Below are positions 62,973 to 64,000 of a stretch of 64,000 bases of DNA, in pieces. Position 1 is the first letter of the stretch, and each line of letters begins with the position of its first letter. A program made the translations under genes and the position numbers. Location of the stretch: positions 7,874,001 to 7,938,000 of the forward strand of contig CM120643.1 of assembly GCA_051362555.1 (NCBI GenBank). Direction: 5' to 3'. Origin of the DNA: Lingula anatina (lineage: Eukaryota > Animalia > Brachiopoda). The notes beneath the pieces were generated by a model. It was given only the letters and a program-made list of their open reading frames with translations, searched no databases and was not told the origin of the DNA.

Positions 62973-64000
62973 GTAAGTTTAAATCAGTGAAAAGGGATCC
63001 AAAAAATATTTTTTCATTTTAATACTTATCATTCATCAGCTTTTGCATTTTCCATCTATTTTATCTCAGCTGCTTATGATAAGTGTCTAAATCATCAATT
63101 AAAAAATTCTCGTAAAATATAAATAGTTTAAGTCATGAATAATCCTTAGATATACACCCAATGCATATTTTCAAAGATGCCAGTGTGTTATTGTGATGTT
63201 ATACAAGTTGTTATTATTTTAACAAAAGTTAAAAGAAAATGATAAAAAACACCAGACTAAGCTATGGGTCCCGTGGCAATCTTCCTTCTACAATTTAAGT
63301 GTAAATTACTAGTAACTATGAAAACAGGAACTCACAAACAATATTACAATCACCATTTACCGAATCTGTATTAATTATTACTTTCAATCTTAAAACATTT
63401 AAGTCAACCATGAAACAATCTATAAGAGAATTGAATTGTGTTAATGGTATGGCAACTCCTGAGAACATCTTCAGTTATAATATAATGGCAGTGTTCCAAA
63501 ACCACGATACATATTAAATACAGGCTTGCTTAAATCTTAAACGGAAAGGAAGTATTATCAAGTGTTGCACCTGCTCAGCAAAGCTGCAAATTTTATTTTG
63601 CAGCATCACAATTTCACTAGCACAAATCAGTAATAATTGTTAGTATATTTGTAACATATTTAATATTCGTCATTTGCCTCTAATCTTCGCTAAACATTAT
63701 TAAAATATTACCACACATATTTATGATAAATGTATGCATATTTGTAATAACTAAATTTTGTCATTTGCTACGGGAATGGGGGGGGGTCTTAAAAATAAAA
63801 ATTTTGGGCCGCAATTCCCACAGCAAATATGAAGGAGTACCAGTAGATAAGGCCGGTGCCATGAAACTGAGGGTCCGTGTGACAGAAAGTCCGTCCTCCA
63901 TATAGTTAGGGTTAGTTTGACCTAAGTAGGTCAAAATCTAGGGCGAGGCTCACTTGTACAAATGAATGGGAAGCGGACTCTCTGTCATGGGGGACTTTCT

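Overview
AT-rich animal nuclear DNA with spliceosomal introns and dense small transposons; a marine invertebrate is my inference from the gene and transposon content. Genes I could assemble from splice sites: (1) a minus-strand LRP2/megalin-like pseudogene fragment (2662-5850); (2) a plus-strand class-A peptide GPCR broken by a 7-bp duplication (22744-24273); (3) an intact two-exon Cys-rich multipass membrane protein with XK-like motifs (27667-29917); (4) an intact ~1080-aa somatomedin-B/Cys-rich secretin-family GPCR (minus, 37566-41631); (5) a five-exon secreted EGF-LCCL gene with an in-frame TGA (55854-58075); (6) a probable bidirectional promoter near 62.9 kb. The rest is mostly MITEs (Harbinger, Kolobok, hAT-like, Helentron-like, often nested), a Helitron-like repeat, LINE, Penelope, P and YqaJ fragments, and a 5'-truncated tRNA-Gly. 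The most unusual signals are a 20-bp perfect-palindrome insertion with a 7-bp TSD, small footprint-like insertions that disable genes, an RNase H1 HBD-PHD-ORF1 fusion, and a strongly structured intronic element. All family assignments come from motif recognition only; no searches were run.
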